NCBI GenBank assembly: GCA_963699175.1
Contig: OY969418.1
Coordinates: 5,959,101-6,023,100 of the forward strand
Source of the DNA: an uncultured Acidobacteriota bacterium
GTDB lineage: Bacteria > Acidobacteriota > Blastocatellia > RBC074
Length of the DNA stretch: 64,000 nucleotides
Reading direction: 5' to 3'
Made by a program: the position numbers and the translations under genes. Numbering within the stretch: the first letter of the stretch is position 1; each line of letters opens with the position of its first letter. The notes under the pieces are model-generated. The model saw nothing but the letters and a program-made list of their open reading frames with translations, had not been told where the DNA came from and did no database searches. Positions 40,017 to 49,526 of the stretch are shown here, piece by piece.

Positions 40017-40083
40017 GTTCAGAGTCCCGCCTTTAGGCGGTCTCGGTTTGGCAAGGTGACCGCCTAAAGGCGGGACTCTGAAC
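40017..40083. repeat. REP-doublet-like perfect 26-bp inverted repeat
   Basis: GTTCAGAGTCCCGCCTTTAGGCGGTC (40017-40042) and its exact reverse complement (40058-40083). Each arm holds an internal CCGCC-N4-GGCGG hairpin. Confidence 0.85.
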
Positions 40084-41669
40084 TATGCCGCCGATGACAA
40101 CCTTAAACGTGCTCGCACGCCCGCAAACTTTCGCAACAATCCACGCAGCAATTCTTTCTCTCTGTCCGATACCGCGCCGCACGCAAACGCCAAGGGCAAG
40201 TACGCCAATCCAAAGACCACGCTGCCCAGGAGAAATGCGACTAGCGGCAGCAGTCCCGTCAGCAGTGGCTGCGCCAGATGGGTCAACAACGCCGCGCCTG
40301 CCGCAGCCAGAGCGATGCGCAACAGGGGCACGGCGAAATGCCAATCGCCGCGCGTCATACCTAGACGGCGTGCCAGCGTGCGCGTCGTCAACGTCACATC
40401 GAGTGCGCGCGCAATTACCAGAGCCAGCATCACACCCGGCAACCCGATGAACCGCATGCCCGCATAAAGCAGCAGCCAGGTCAGCGGCATCAGCCACAAG
40501 TAAAGCTTCACCCGATAAAACTTCAGGTCTTCAAACGCGCGCAGCACCGCGCCCGTCAGATTTATCAACAGCACCGTGTTCAACAGCGCGACGGCGAAGA
40601 TCGGCACGGCGGCCTCGAACTTGCTGGTGTACAGCCCAACGATCAACTCGCGGCGCAACACGAACATCAATGCGCAGGCTGGAATGAAACAGAATGCCAG
40701 CGTGCGCACCGCGCCCAACCAGGTCGCCACGATCGCCCGATAAGCGCCCACTTTTTCAAGCCGCGCAACCTCCGGAATCAGTATGGTGTCGGTCGCATCG
40801 AGCAACACAATCAACAACAGAAGCTGGAAACAGCCCGTCGAATAAATCCCGTAACCCGCCACGTCGAAATAGTGCATCACGAAATAGTTGTGCAGGTCGT
40901 ACTGCCAACTCAGCGCGAACGCGCCCAGACCGAAGGGCAGGGCATTGGCCAGTTGCGCGCGCAACAGCGCAACATCCACCGGCCACCAAAAGCGACCAAA
41001 GCGGCGATAGAGATAGACGAAGAAAACGCCGCAATGCACCAAGCCAAAGAGTAGCGCCGCCATGACCATCGTGCGAATATCGCCTTGCCAGACGGCGGCA
41101 AAGACCAACAGGGCCGTCTTCGCCAACTGCAGCAAGACGGCGATGACTGAAGCGCGCCGCACGTCATTGTCGGCAATCATCACGCTCTCAAATGCCGAGG
41201 CGATCAGCCAGAGCAGGATCGTCGCGCCCAGCAGTGGGATGACCGGCACCAGCCCGTCGTCGTTGAAAGCCTGCTTCACCCACGCCGGATGCAGCGCAAA
41301 CCAGATAGCCACTGCCGAACCGATGGCGGTGTAGAAAAGCACCGCGTTCCAGGCCACCTGCGGCTTTTTGTCCGGGTGGCGCGGAATGAAGTAATAGAGG
41401 CTGCCGCTGATTTGCAGCCCCAGCAGCGCGAGCGCCGTTTGCAGAATTTGAAACGCCTGTTTGTAAAGACCGAACTCAGCCGTGCTGAGCTTGCGCGCGA
41501 GAATGAATGGCAGCAGAAACGAGAGTGTCAGCGCCACCAGGCGGGCCGCCGACAGCCAAACCGTGCGTGCTGCAAAGCTGTCGCCTGCTTGAGCGGTTGG
41601 CTGCGTGGACGCGTCGTCCAACAACCTGTTTTCAATCGGGAGAACTGACTCGCTGTTTTGCTTCATCAC
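40083..41669 (-). CDS. wzx: oligosaccharide flippase
   Basis: Many TM helices, ARKLSTAEFGLY, ALPFG, YGIYS motifs. Located in the EPS cluster. Confidence 0.9.
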   Translation of the reverse strand: MMKQNSESVLPIENRLLDDASTQPTAQAGDSFAARTVWLSAARLVALTLSFLLPFILARKLSTAEFGLYKQAFQILQTALALLGLQISGSLYYFIPRHPDKKPQVAWNAVLFYTAIGSAVAIWFALHPAWVKQAFNDDGLVPVIPLLGATILLWLIASAFESVMIADNDVRRASVIAVLLQLAKTALLVFAAVWQGDIRTMVMAALLFGLVHCGVFFVYLYRRFGRFWWPVDVALLRAQLANALPFGLGAFALSWQYDLHNYFVMHYFDVAGYGIYSTGCFQLLLLIVLLDATDTILIPEVARLEKVGAYRAIVATWLGAVRTLAFCFIPACALMFVLRRELIVGLYTSKFEAAVPIFAVALLNTVLLINLTGAVLRAFEDLKFYRVKLYLWLMPLTWLLLYAGMRFIGLPGVMLALVIARALDVTLTTRTLARRLGMTRGDWHFAVPLLRIALAAAGAALLTHLAQPLLTGLLPLVAFLLGSVVFGLAYLPLAFACGAVSDREKELLRGLLRKFAGVRARLRLSSAA

Positions 41670-41670
41670 T

Positions 41671-42744
41671 TCAAGCTTGGCGCACCGAGCTAGCCAGTTC
41701 TTTGGGTAAAGGGGGCGTCGCCGCAGTCAGCGGGTTTGGGGTAGGTGTGTCGAGCGAGCTGCGCAATTGCAGCTTCAACTGCTCGAAGCCGCTGGTGCTT
41801 TGCACAAAGTGCGCCAAATCGGGTTGCGGGCAGACGCGGCGCATCGCTAACAACGGCGTGTGCGTCGTGTTCATACCTAACACGTTGGTAACAGCGCAGC
41901 GATACCCGGCGTTGGCCGTGGCGCGTTGGACGCGCGCATCGCTGCGCCCGTTCGGATAGCAGAAGAGCGTCACCTGTCGTCCAAGCATTTCTTCGAGCCG
42001 CGCTCTGGAAGCAGTCAGTTCGTGGTGCAGATGATCATCATCCGCGACGTTGGGCAGAATCGGATGCGTCACCGTGTGCGAGCCAAGCTCGATTCCTTCC
42101 GCGTCCATCTCGCGCGCCTGTTGCCAATTGATCGCGCTGAATGCGGCAGGCGGCACAGACGGCAAGAGCACACCTAAGGAGGCGGCGATGCGTTTGATCG
42201 CTTCTTCTTTGTGTTCATTTGGAAGCGTCTTCAAGATGGTGTTGATCTTGTCGGCAGCGCGCAGGCGTGAGAGGGTGTCGCTTAAAGCCAGACGCAGCGT
42301 CCGTCCTTTGAGCACGGCCACCACTTCATCGGCGGGCGTGTGCAAGGTCAAGAAGCGCAGCTTGTCCGTCCAGAGCCAACCTTTGTAGTCAACAAAGTCG
42401 GTGATCAGGAAGAGCGTCGCCGGAATCCGGCGTTTCAACAGGAGCGGATAGGCGGTCTCGTAAAAATCGTAGTAGCCATCATCAATCGTGATGGCCGCTG
42501 TGCTCGGCGGCAACGTCTTGCCTGTGGCGATGCAATCGGCGATCTCGGACAACGGCAGAATGCGGTAATGCTCGGTCAGATACTCCAGATGTTCCGCAAA
42601 GGCTTCGACTGAGGTTTTGGCCTCTTCTTCAGTTTGACTGAAGCGGTGATAGGTCAGGATGAGTACTTTGGCGCGGTTCGCCAACCGGAAGGGGGCAAAC
42701 GCGCCAGTGACCCGCATTAAATTAAGCACGGTCTGTTTCAGCAT
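41671..42744 (-). CDS. polysaccharide deacetylase (CE4/NodB)
   Basis: LTYHR, ITIDDGY, GSHTVTHP, FCYPNG motifs. Confidence 0.92.
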   Translation of the reverse strand: MLKQTVLNLMRVTGAFAPFRLANRAKVLILTYHRFSQTEEEAKTSVEAFAEHLEYLTEHYRILPLSEIADCIATGKTLPPSTAAITIDDGYYDFYETAYPLLLKRRIPATLFLITDFVDYKGWLWTDKLRFLTLHTPADEVVAVLKGRTLRLALSDTLSRLRAADKINTILKTLPNEHKEEAIKRIAASLGVLLPSVPPAAFSAINWQQAREMDAEGIELGSHTVTHPILPNVADDDHLHHELTASRARLEEMLGRQVTLFCYPNGRSDARVQRATANAGYRCAVTNVLGMNTTHTPLLAMRRVCPQPDLAHFVQSTSGFEQLKLQLRSSLDTPTPNPLTAATPPLPKELASSVRQA

Positions 42745-42933
42745 ATTTCTTCCAATCCCAACGTACGAAGGCGCAGGCTTAGAAAGTCATAGGGAAGCCT
42801 GGGGAAGTCACTGACGGCCAATACGACAGGCTGACTTCTCAAGACTTCCCTCGGCCTTTCGAAACCTTGCCGAATTTAAGTGAGTTGGCGCAGCCAACGT
42901 TACGTCGAAGGAAGACTTTTATGCTGTACTTTT

Positions 42934-43413
42934 TTATCTGGCAGCGTGTGCACTTTGCGCTAACTCTTTGCCATAGGCTTGCAGTACTAAGTCGTGCAAT
43001 TCCATGCGGTCAATCAGTGCCAGAATTTTTTCAGGTGGCACAGATAGCCCAACTGACAGACGTAGTACGCTCTCCAAACTCAGATTGGTAATGACCGAGT
43101 TCTGAATCTTAGAAAGCAGGCCTTGATCGAAACGGTACAGGCGGCAAAATTCCGATTGCCGCACACCCATCTCCGAGAGTCGCTCACGCACGAGTTGCGC
43201 GAGCGGGGTCACTTCATTGACTTTCTTGTGCGGTGTCCGCCAAGGCCCGCTGTGGGAGACGGACGCAGCGATTGGTGGCGCCGGACGAAAGTTTTGTGGG
43301 GTCGGTTGATTTACTGCATTCTGGGAGTTGTGCCGAGCTTCTTCATCACCTGCGCCTTCCCAACCACCTCGCTCACTCCCCCCGTTATTTAGGAGTAGTT
43401 CCGAGTTCTTCAT
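42934..43413 (-). CDS. XRE/Cro-C1-like helix-turn-helix regulator
   Basis: LAQLVRERLSEMGVRQSEFCRLYRFDQGLLSKIQN...LSLESVLRLSVGLSV after a disordered N-terminus. Confidence 0.75.
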   Translation of the reverse strand: MKNSELLLNNGGSERGGWEGAGDEEARHNSQNAVNQPTPQNFRPAPPIAASVSHSGPWRTPHKKVNEVTPLAQLVRERLSEMGVRQSEFCRLYRFDQGLLSKIQNSVITNLSLESVLRLSVGLSVPPEKILALIDRMELHDLVLQAYGKELAQSAHAAR

Positions 43414-43460
43414 TGTCGCTTAGCCTCTGTGGATTTTTGTTTTTATCTATGCACCGGAAC

Positions 43461-43569
43461 TCAAAACACAAGCTCCAGCGAGCTTGCGTTTGAAACGATG
43501 ACAATTCTCTTTATGTTGATAGGGAGCTAAAGCTTGCGTTGCGACTAAATCAGTCACCAACGCAAGCTT
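43461..43569. promoter_or_regulatory. two related inverted repeats upstream of the HTH gene
   Basis: TCAAAACACAAGCTC/GAGCTTGCGTTTGA and AAGCTTGCGTTG/CAACGCAAGCTT share the half-site AAC(A/G)CAAGCT. Confidence 0.5.
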
Positions 43570-43617
43570 GGGGGAGTTTGTCAGGAGCTTAGTTTACTCA
43601 GGGGATGAAAGCCGCTC

Positions 43618-44745
43618 TCAGCGCGTCAACGCAACGAAGGTAAGAAATTGCGTGAAGCCTGCGAGCGTCGTGACATATTCGAGCTTCTTCAAAAAATTGC
43701 CGTGCACGATCACCGTATCACCGGGTTGCAGTGGCAAGTTCTCTTCAACATCAGCCTTGCCAGCCAGCAATTTTTTGATGTCAATGGTCAAGTTTTGATA
43801 GCGCCCGTTACGGCCTTGCCGCACCAGCGTAACGTTGCTGCGGCTACCGGTGCGAGCGAACCCGCCAGCCATCGTGACGGCGTCGAGCACCGTCAATGGC
43901 TCGCTCATTGTAAAGATGCCAGGCCGTGCCACTTCGCCGAGCACGCCGATCTTGGCGCTCTTGGCTTCCAGCAGTTGCACGCTGACCTCCGGCTCTTTGA
44001 TGTAGCGGCGCAAATCCTGCGTGAGCTTCTTCGTCAATTGCTCAGCCGTTAAACCACCAACCACCACATCGCCGAGCAAGGGATGAAAGACACGTCCGTC
44101 GGGCGAGATCTTGGCGCGTTCGATGGAATAGTCCGGCTCGAGCCGCACACGAATGGCGATCTCATCCGCCGGACCTAGCCGGTAGGTGCGCCGAAAGTTT
44201 TCATAGAGCAATTCAAAGACGTGAGCGTCATCGGCAGATGGTACGGCGGCTGCCGTTGCCGCTTGCTGCTTAGCCTGACTGTTTTCGTCAGGCAAGAAAT
44301 TACGTAAAGCGGGTGCAGATGCTCCCCCCCAGGACCTCTGCACCCGCAACGTTGAAGCCGCAGGGTCATTCCCACGAACACCCTCCGGCTTCAAACTCGA
44401 AATACTGTCAATAACCGTGCCAATAACCGTGCAGGACGCGGCGGACGCGAGTGGTCCCCCCCGGCTCACTCGCATCAAACCGCCGCGCACGGAGACAGAA
44501 GGTGTCTGTGCACACACACTGGCTGCCCCCGCAACTGTGACCGTCAAACCGACGGCAAACACGAACTGACCAAACTTCATTGCAAACCTGTGAGCGAAAC
44601 TCTGATGATTCATACCCGTTCCCATCCTGTCACCCGAATTACCGGCCCCTGTCCGACAAGCTGTCAGAGCTTGGCGGTTCTCGGCTAGCGAATCATTAGG
44701 TTTAACGTCGAGATTGTCGCCAAGCTCTGACAGCTTGTCGGACAT
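43618..44745 (-). CDS. wza: polysaccharide export protein (Wza-like, Poly_export + SLBB)
   Basis: YRLGPADEI, PDGRVFHPLLG, VLGEVARPG, MAGG, LQPGDTVIV motifs. True start probably downstream (MNHQ, before the signal peptide). Confidence 0.88.
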   Translation of the reverse strand: MSDKLSELGDNLDVKPNDSLAENRQALTACRTGAGNSGDRMGTGMNHQSFAHRFAMKFGQFVFAVGLTVTVAGAASVCAQTPSVSVRGGLMRVSRGGPLASAASCTVIGTVIDSISSLKPEGVRGNDPAASTLRVQRSWGGASAPALRNFLPDENSQAKQQAATAAAVPSADDAHVFELLYENFRRTYRLGPADEIAIRVRLEPDYSIERAKISPDGRVFHPLLGDVVVGGLTAEQLTKKLTQDLRRYIKEPEVSVQLLEAKSAKIGVLGEVARPGIFTMSEPLTVLDAVTMAGGFARTGSRSNVTLVRQGRNGRYQNLTIDIKKLLAGKADVEENLPLQPGDTVIVHGNFLKKLEYVTTLAGFTQFLTFVALTR

Positions 44746-46127
44746 CAGCGGCCAAACCTGCCGAAAAAGACCACGCGCAACGTCTCGAACAAAATGATTC
44801 CGTCGAGCAGCGGTGATTGGTTCTTGATGTAATAAAGATCGAATTGATGCTTCATCCGCGCATCTTCCACCGATGCGCCATACGGATACCGCACCTGCGC
44901 CCAGCCCGTAATGCCTGGCTTCACAAGCTGGCGCTGCGAATAATATGGAATGATCTGCTCCAACTGTTCGACGAACTGTTGGCGTTCGGGACGTGGCCCG
45001 ATTACGCTCATCTCGCCACGTAGCACGTTGAAAAATTGTGGCAATTCGTCAATGCGCAGTTTGCGAATCAGCTTGCCCACGCGCGTGACGCGCGGGTCAT
45101 CTTTGCTGGCCCAGACTGCCCCGTTCGCTTCGGCATCAAGGCGCATCGAACGAAACTTGATGATCTTGAACTTGCGGTTGTGCCAGCCGACGCGCTCCTG
45201 CGTGTAAAAGACCGGCCCGCGCGATTCGAGCTTGATTGCCAACGCCACGAGCAACATCAAAGGCGCGTTCAGCAGCAAGCCCAAGGCAGCGATCAGCAAG
45301 TCGGCGACCCGGCGCAACCGGCGATAAAAGCGCAGCCAGCGCAAGTTATCTGCGAAGATCAACTGGCTCGGCTGTAACCGCTCCGTGCTGATCTTTCCGG
45401 TTAAGCGTTCAAAGAACGAAGCCCAATCTTCAATCGCCACGTCATCGCGCAGTTTGAGGTTGAGCAACGGATCGAGGGGCATGTGCCCGCGCCGATCAGT
45501 CAATGCTACAACGATGCGGTCAACGTTATGACGCAACGCCAACTCTTCAATCTCATCCGCCGTGCCAATCACGCACGGGTTGATCAAGCTCTGGCCGACG
45601 AGCGCACGGTCATTACCGATAAAGCCGACGACTTCATAACCAGTTTCACGGCGTTGCAATACTTCGCGCGCCAGCTCTATCGCCTGGCTGTCAGTGCCGA
45701 GAATAATGATGCGCTCGGCAAAGCGCGGATGTCTGAGCAGCCAGCGCGCGACCAGCCGCCAGCCGGTCATCACCGTCAGCATCAGCGCCATCTGCACCAG
45801 AAAGACGCCGCGTCCGACCAGCATCTGCGGCAGCGCGTAAAAGATCATTGCTAGCAGCAACGCCGCCAAACCAAGCGCCTGACAGATGCGTAGGGCAAGC
45901 ACGCTCAGGCGGCGGATCATCGCAAAATCGTAAAGATCGAAGAGGTAAAACGAACCTTGCGCGACGGCCATTGCCACGAGCAGCTTACGCCAGCCGAACT
46001 GGTTGTTGAGTGCCTCGTCCGCTTCCTGCCCGAACCGCAGATAGAGCGCCAGCAACCCGCAACCGTAGATCAACGCTCCTTCAAAGAGCATCAAGAGAAA
46101 TGTGCGCTGCCAGTGTTTGGCTCGCAT
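44745..46127 (-). CDS. priming polyprenyl-phosphate sugar-1-phosphate transferase (resembles the PEP-CTERM-system type)
   Basis: N-terminal TMs, KFRSM, DPRVTRVG, RIDELPQ, GPRPER, KPGITGWAQV motifs. Confidence 0.93.
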   Translation of the reverse strand: MRAKHWQRTFLLMLFEGALIYGCGLLALYLRFGQEADEALNNQFGWRKLLVAMAVAQGSFYLFDLYDFAMIRRLSVLALRICQALGLAALLLAMIFYALPQMLVGRGVFLVQMALMLTVMTGWRLVARWLLRHPRFAERIIILGTDSQAIELAREVLQRRETGYEVVGFIGNDRALVGQSLINPCVIGTADEIEELALRHNVDRIVVALTDRRGHMPLDPLLNLKLRDDVAIEDWASFFERLTGKISTERLQPSQLIFADNLRWLRFYRRLRRVADLLIAALGLLLNAPLMLLVALAIKLESRGPVFYTQERVGWHNRKFKIIKFRSMRLDAEANGAVWASKDDPRVTRVGKLIRKLRIDELPQFFNVLRGEMSVIGPRPERQQFVEQLEQIIPYYSQRQLVKPGITGWAQVRYPYGASVEDARMKHQFDLYYIKNQSPLLDGIILFETLRVVFFGRFGR

Positions 46128-46170
46128 ACCAGGCTTGCCTCCCCATAAACTTGCACCCTCACCGTGCTCC

Positions 46171-47916
46171 CTAGCCAGCCACGCGGTTGAGCACTACACC
46201 GCAAATATCTTTCTCGTTAAAGAGCGAAACCGCCTTTGCCATCTGCTGCGTAGTCGTCGTTCCTGGGCGGATTACCAGCATCGTTGCATCGGTCAGCCCA
46301 GCCAGCAGATTGGCGTCTGCACTTTCGAGCAGCGGCGACGAATCGAACAGGATGAAGTCGTAATCCGGCTCGCAGATTTGCAACATCTCGTGAAAACGCG
46401 GCGCGGCGAGCAACTCTGCCGTGTGTTGAATCTTTTCGCGCGTCGGCAGAATGTTGAAGCCCGCCGGTTGCACACGCAGCGCCGCGCTATTCGGCCCCAG
46501 CCCGCGATGCACAGCCTCGCTCAAGCCCAACGGCGCATCAATGCCCAGCAGGCGCAGCACCGATGGGTTGGCCAGATCGCAATCCACGACCAGCACGCGT
46601 TGCCGCGCGCGCGCCAACGCGCCCGCCAGATTGAGTGTCACACAGGTGCGCCCTTCGCCGTGCTGCGCTGACGCGACCAGCACGCGTTTGCAGAGCCGTT
46701 TGTAAGAGACCGAAATCAGCGAGACCGCCACTTGATCGAAGTACTTTGCCGCGCGTGGATTGAAATCCGAGAGGGCGATCAGGTGCGGATCAATGCGCGT
46801 TGGATCGAGCAACACTTCGCGCACGCGCTCGATGGCGGGCTGCTGGCGCATTTGCGCTTCGAGTTGTTCCAGTGTGCTGCGGTTGAGTTTGCCGGGTTGG
46901 CGCTGCTCTAAGCCATTCTCGGTGGCGTCCTTTGCGCCAGGCAGTGCCAATGCTTCCGTGGTCGAAGTGTTTTGCCATTCACGCACGGGCAAGCGCGGCC
47001 TGGTCGGCTCGGCCTCTTGCGCGGGGGGCCGATATGTCGGTTGCACCGTGGGGAACGCGGTGGTCTGACGATTGGCCAGTCGTTGGGCCAGATGGTCTTC
47101 GATACTTGGCCCGCTCGGATGCGTCTCGTCGTAGCGGCGCTGAAATTCGAGCAACCGGTTGTAATCCAGCTTAGCCGTGACGCGCTGCTGGTTGGCAGGC
47201 AGCGGATGTGGCGTTGGCTGTGTTGTAGGCGGCGTTGCTCTACGCGGCTCGGTGCGTTTGGTCGCTACGTGAAAGGAGGTTGTCAATGGATGCGATAATT
47301 CTTTGTGTGTACCGTTTGTGGCAGCGTGATGCTCACCGTTGTGCCCGTTGTTATGAATTTCGTTACGCGCTTCTTGCCGTGCTTCCTGGCGGGCGGCGCG
47401 AATGCTGCGCCCAAATTCCAGATTCATTTGCTGCAACTCGGCCAGCTTTTTGTAGTAATCAAGCTTAGCTGTGGCGCGGCGTTCCTGAGTGCGCTGTGAA
47501 GGATTGGTTGGCGGCGCTAGATATTCTCCTGCAACCTGACGAGGCGGCAGTGGGCGCTCGTGCGTTGCGTAATGCTGTTCCACGCCATTGCGCGGATATT
47601 CGTCGAGTTGAACCGCTTTATTCTGCTCAGCGGGCAACGGTGCAGCAAGCTGGCCGTTGCTTCCCAGATGATTTCTTCTCGTCTGCGCGGCGTAGTCATC
47701 AAAGACCTGTAGGACATCATCTTCAGACGCATTGGATGCGACCAGTGCGCCACGCGCAGCCGGTGTGGCCAGGTAATCGTGCAGCGCCGGCAACACGTCG
47801 TCGTCATCGTAATGTCCGTTGGGGAATTGGTAATTGCTATTCACGTTCGACCGTTTGCGATAACCAGATTTGGTTCTCAGCTTGCTAAAATCCAGCGCCA
47901 TTGCATCCTTGCCCAT
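46171..47916 (-). CDS. CpsD/CapB-family tyrosine-protein kinase homolog with long N-terminal extension
   Basis: C-terminal domain SAQHGEGRT / VVDCD / LFDSSP / GVVLN. About 360 aa of low-complexity N-terminus. Confidence 0.85.
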   Translation of the reverse strand: MGKDAMALDFSKLRTKSGYRKRSNVNSNYQFPNGHYDDDDVLPALHDYLATPAARGALVASNASEDDVLQVFDDYAAQTRRNHLGSNGQLAAPLPAEQNKAVQLDEYPRNGVEQHYATHERPLPPRQVAGEYLAPPTNPSQRTQERRATAKLDYYKKLAELQQMNLEFGRSIRAARQEARQEARNEIHNNGHNGEHHAATNGTHKELSHPLTTSFHVATKRTEPRRATPPTTQPTPHPLPANQQRVTAKLDYNRLLEFQRRYDETHPSGPSIEDHLAQRLANRQTTAFPTVQPTYRPPAQEAEPTRPRLPVREWQNTSTTEALALPGAKDATENGLEQRQPGKLNRSTLEQLEAQMRQQPAIERVREVLLDPTRIDPHLIALSDFNPRAAKYFDQVAVSLISVSYKRLCKRVLVASAQHGEGRTCVTLNLAGALARARQRVLVVDCDLANPSVLRLLGIDAPLGLSEAVHRGLGPNSAALRVQPAGFNILPTREKIQHTAELLAAPRFHEMLQICEPDYDFILFDSSPLLESADANLLAGLTDATMLVIRPGTTTTQQMAKAVSLFNEKDICGVVLNRVAG

Positions 47917-47954
47917 CTCACCACCTCCTAAACACCAAGCCTGCCGTGTCCTAC

Positions 47955-49526
47955 TTACTTGTTGCCGAGCACCTCAAAGAGGCCGCTTTGGTTGAGCAAC
48001 AAGGCAAAGACCGGGACGGCAGCTACAGCGATAACCACTACCAGCGCTACGCGCGCAAATTTCTGACGGCGGACCCGGCTGTGCTCGACCGGAGTCAAAG
48101 TCTCCGGGATCAAGCCCATCACTGGTGCGCCAAGGTAGTATTCGACATCGCGCTCGTCACGAATTCTAAAGAACTGGCGCGCCTCCACGATTGCCACGGC
48201 CAGCAAACCAAAGCCTAAGGCCATGCCCAACGCAATCAGCTTGAGCAATGTGCGCTTGGGCGCTACTGGCTTGCCCGGTAAAAAGGCGTTGTCAATCACG
48301 CGAAAGAGATTCAAATTCGGCCCAACCATCAGATTGGCGTGCGCCTTTTGCAGCGCCTCTTGCCGATCCAGCAACCACAGATAACGTTTGCTCAACCGCT
48401 CATACTCGGCATCCACCGTCGCATCGGGCGGCGCCACTGTGTTGCCCGTCGCGGTGCTGGGTAAGGCGCTGGGCAGACTGGCCAGTTCCTGACGTTTGAT
48501 TTCGAGATTGCGTTGCGTGACGAGTAAGTCTGTCTTCTGCTTTTCCAGATCGCGCTCCAAGCCGCGCAACTCGCGGCCTTCGGGTGTAGAGATCAAGGCT
48601 GTGTTGGAGGGCGTGCCTTTCTCCATCTTCTCGATCTGGAAATTGATCTCTTGTAATTGCGCGCGCGCCTGTTTCAGCTTGGGATTCTCGTCGGTGTATT
48701 GCTTGGCGTATTCTTTGACCAGCGCCTCGAACTCGGCTTTTTTAGCCAGCAACACGCCATAAGAACCGCTGGTCATCGCGCCATTGGGAATTGGCGCGGT
48801 CTTGGCCAGCGTTTGCTGCTCGGCGACCTGTTGCTGTTGTAAAGCAATTTGACGTTCAAGTTGGAATTGTTTGTCGTTCAGTGCATTGACTTCAGACAAA
48901 AGCGCACGCCGCGTGATGCGCGGATCTTCCAGCAACACATTGCTGTTGATGCTCTGTCCACGACTGGCGTTAGCGCGCTGGCCGACTATTTTGCCGAGCG
49001 GCTCTTCCAATTCATTAAGCTGCTGTTCGATAGACTTGATTTCCTGCGCTGCCTGCTGGCGCAATGTTTCGTTGGTCTCTGTAAAGTTCGCCACGATGGC
49101 GGCCACGAGCTGCTGCGCCACTTCGGGTTGGTGATGTCGATAGGTAATCAGGATTGTTTCGGGAAACTCAGGATAAAACTGGCGCAGCTTCGTCTCAGCT
49201 TTGATCTCTTTGCGCAGCCGAGTGACGGTGGCCATCAAATCTTCATCGGGATTGTTCAGGTGATACTTCCTGATTAGCGGATCAAGGTTTTCGCGGCTGA
49301 CGGCGCGCTGTGTCAAAGCTGCGATCTGCGCCGCCAGCGATTGCGTGTCATCACTCGGTTTGGTAAGCACGGCCAATTGGGCTTGCGACTCGTAAACATC
49401 CGGTACTTTGTGGATCACCAGCAATGATGCTTGCAACATTGCTGCGGTCACTAAAAGAAGTAGTCCTTTGCGCCGCCAAAGCACTGCGCTGAAATCACCG
49501 AGACTTCTTGGTCTAAAACTCGCCAT
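47955..49526 (-). CDS. polysaccharide chain-length determinant (Wzz/GumC, Wzc membrane part)
   Basis: N-terminal TM, coiled coils, YTDENP, P.KPVAP, C-terminal TMs, LGAPVMGLIP. GAGGTG RBS. Confidence 0.9.
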   Translation of the reverse strand: MASFRPRSLGDFSAVLWRRKGLLLLVTAAMLQASLLVIHKVPDVYESQAQLAVLTKPSDDTQSLAAQIAALTQRAVSRENLDPLIRKYHLNNPDEDLMATVTRLRKEIKAETKLRQFYPEFPETILITYRHHQPEVAQQLVAAIVANFTETNETLRQQAAQEIKSIEQQLNELEEPLGKIVGQRANASRGQSINSNVLLEDPRITRRALLSEVNALNDKQFQLERQIALQQQQVAEQQTLAKTAPIPNGAMTSGSYGVLLAKKAEFEALVKEYAKQYTDENPKLKQARAQLQEINFQIEKMEKGTPSNTALISTPEGRELRGLERDLEKQKTDLLVTQRNLEIKRQELASLPSALPSTATGNTVAPPDATVDAEYERLSKRYLWLLDRQEALQKAHANLMVGPNLNLFRVIDNAFLPGKPVAPKRTLLKLIALGMALGFGLLAVAIVEARQFFRIRDERDVEYYLGAPVMGLIPETLTPVEHSRVRRQKFARVALVVVIAVAAVPVFALLLNQSGLFEVLGNK

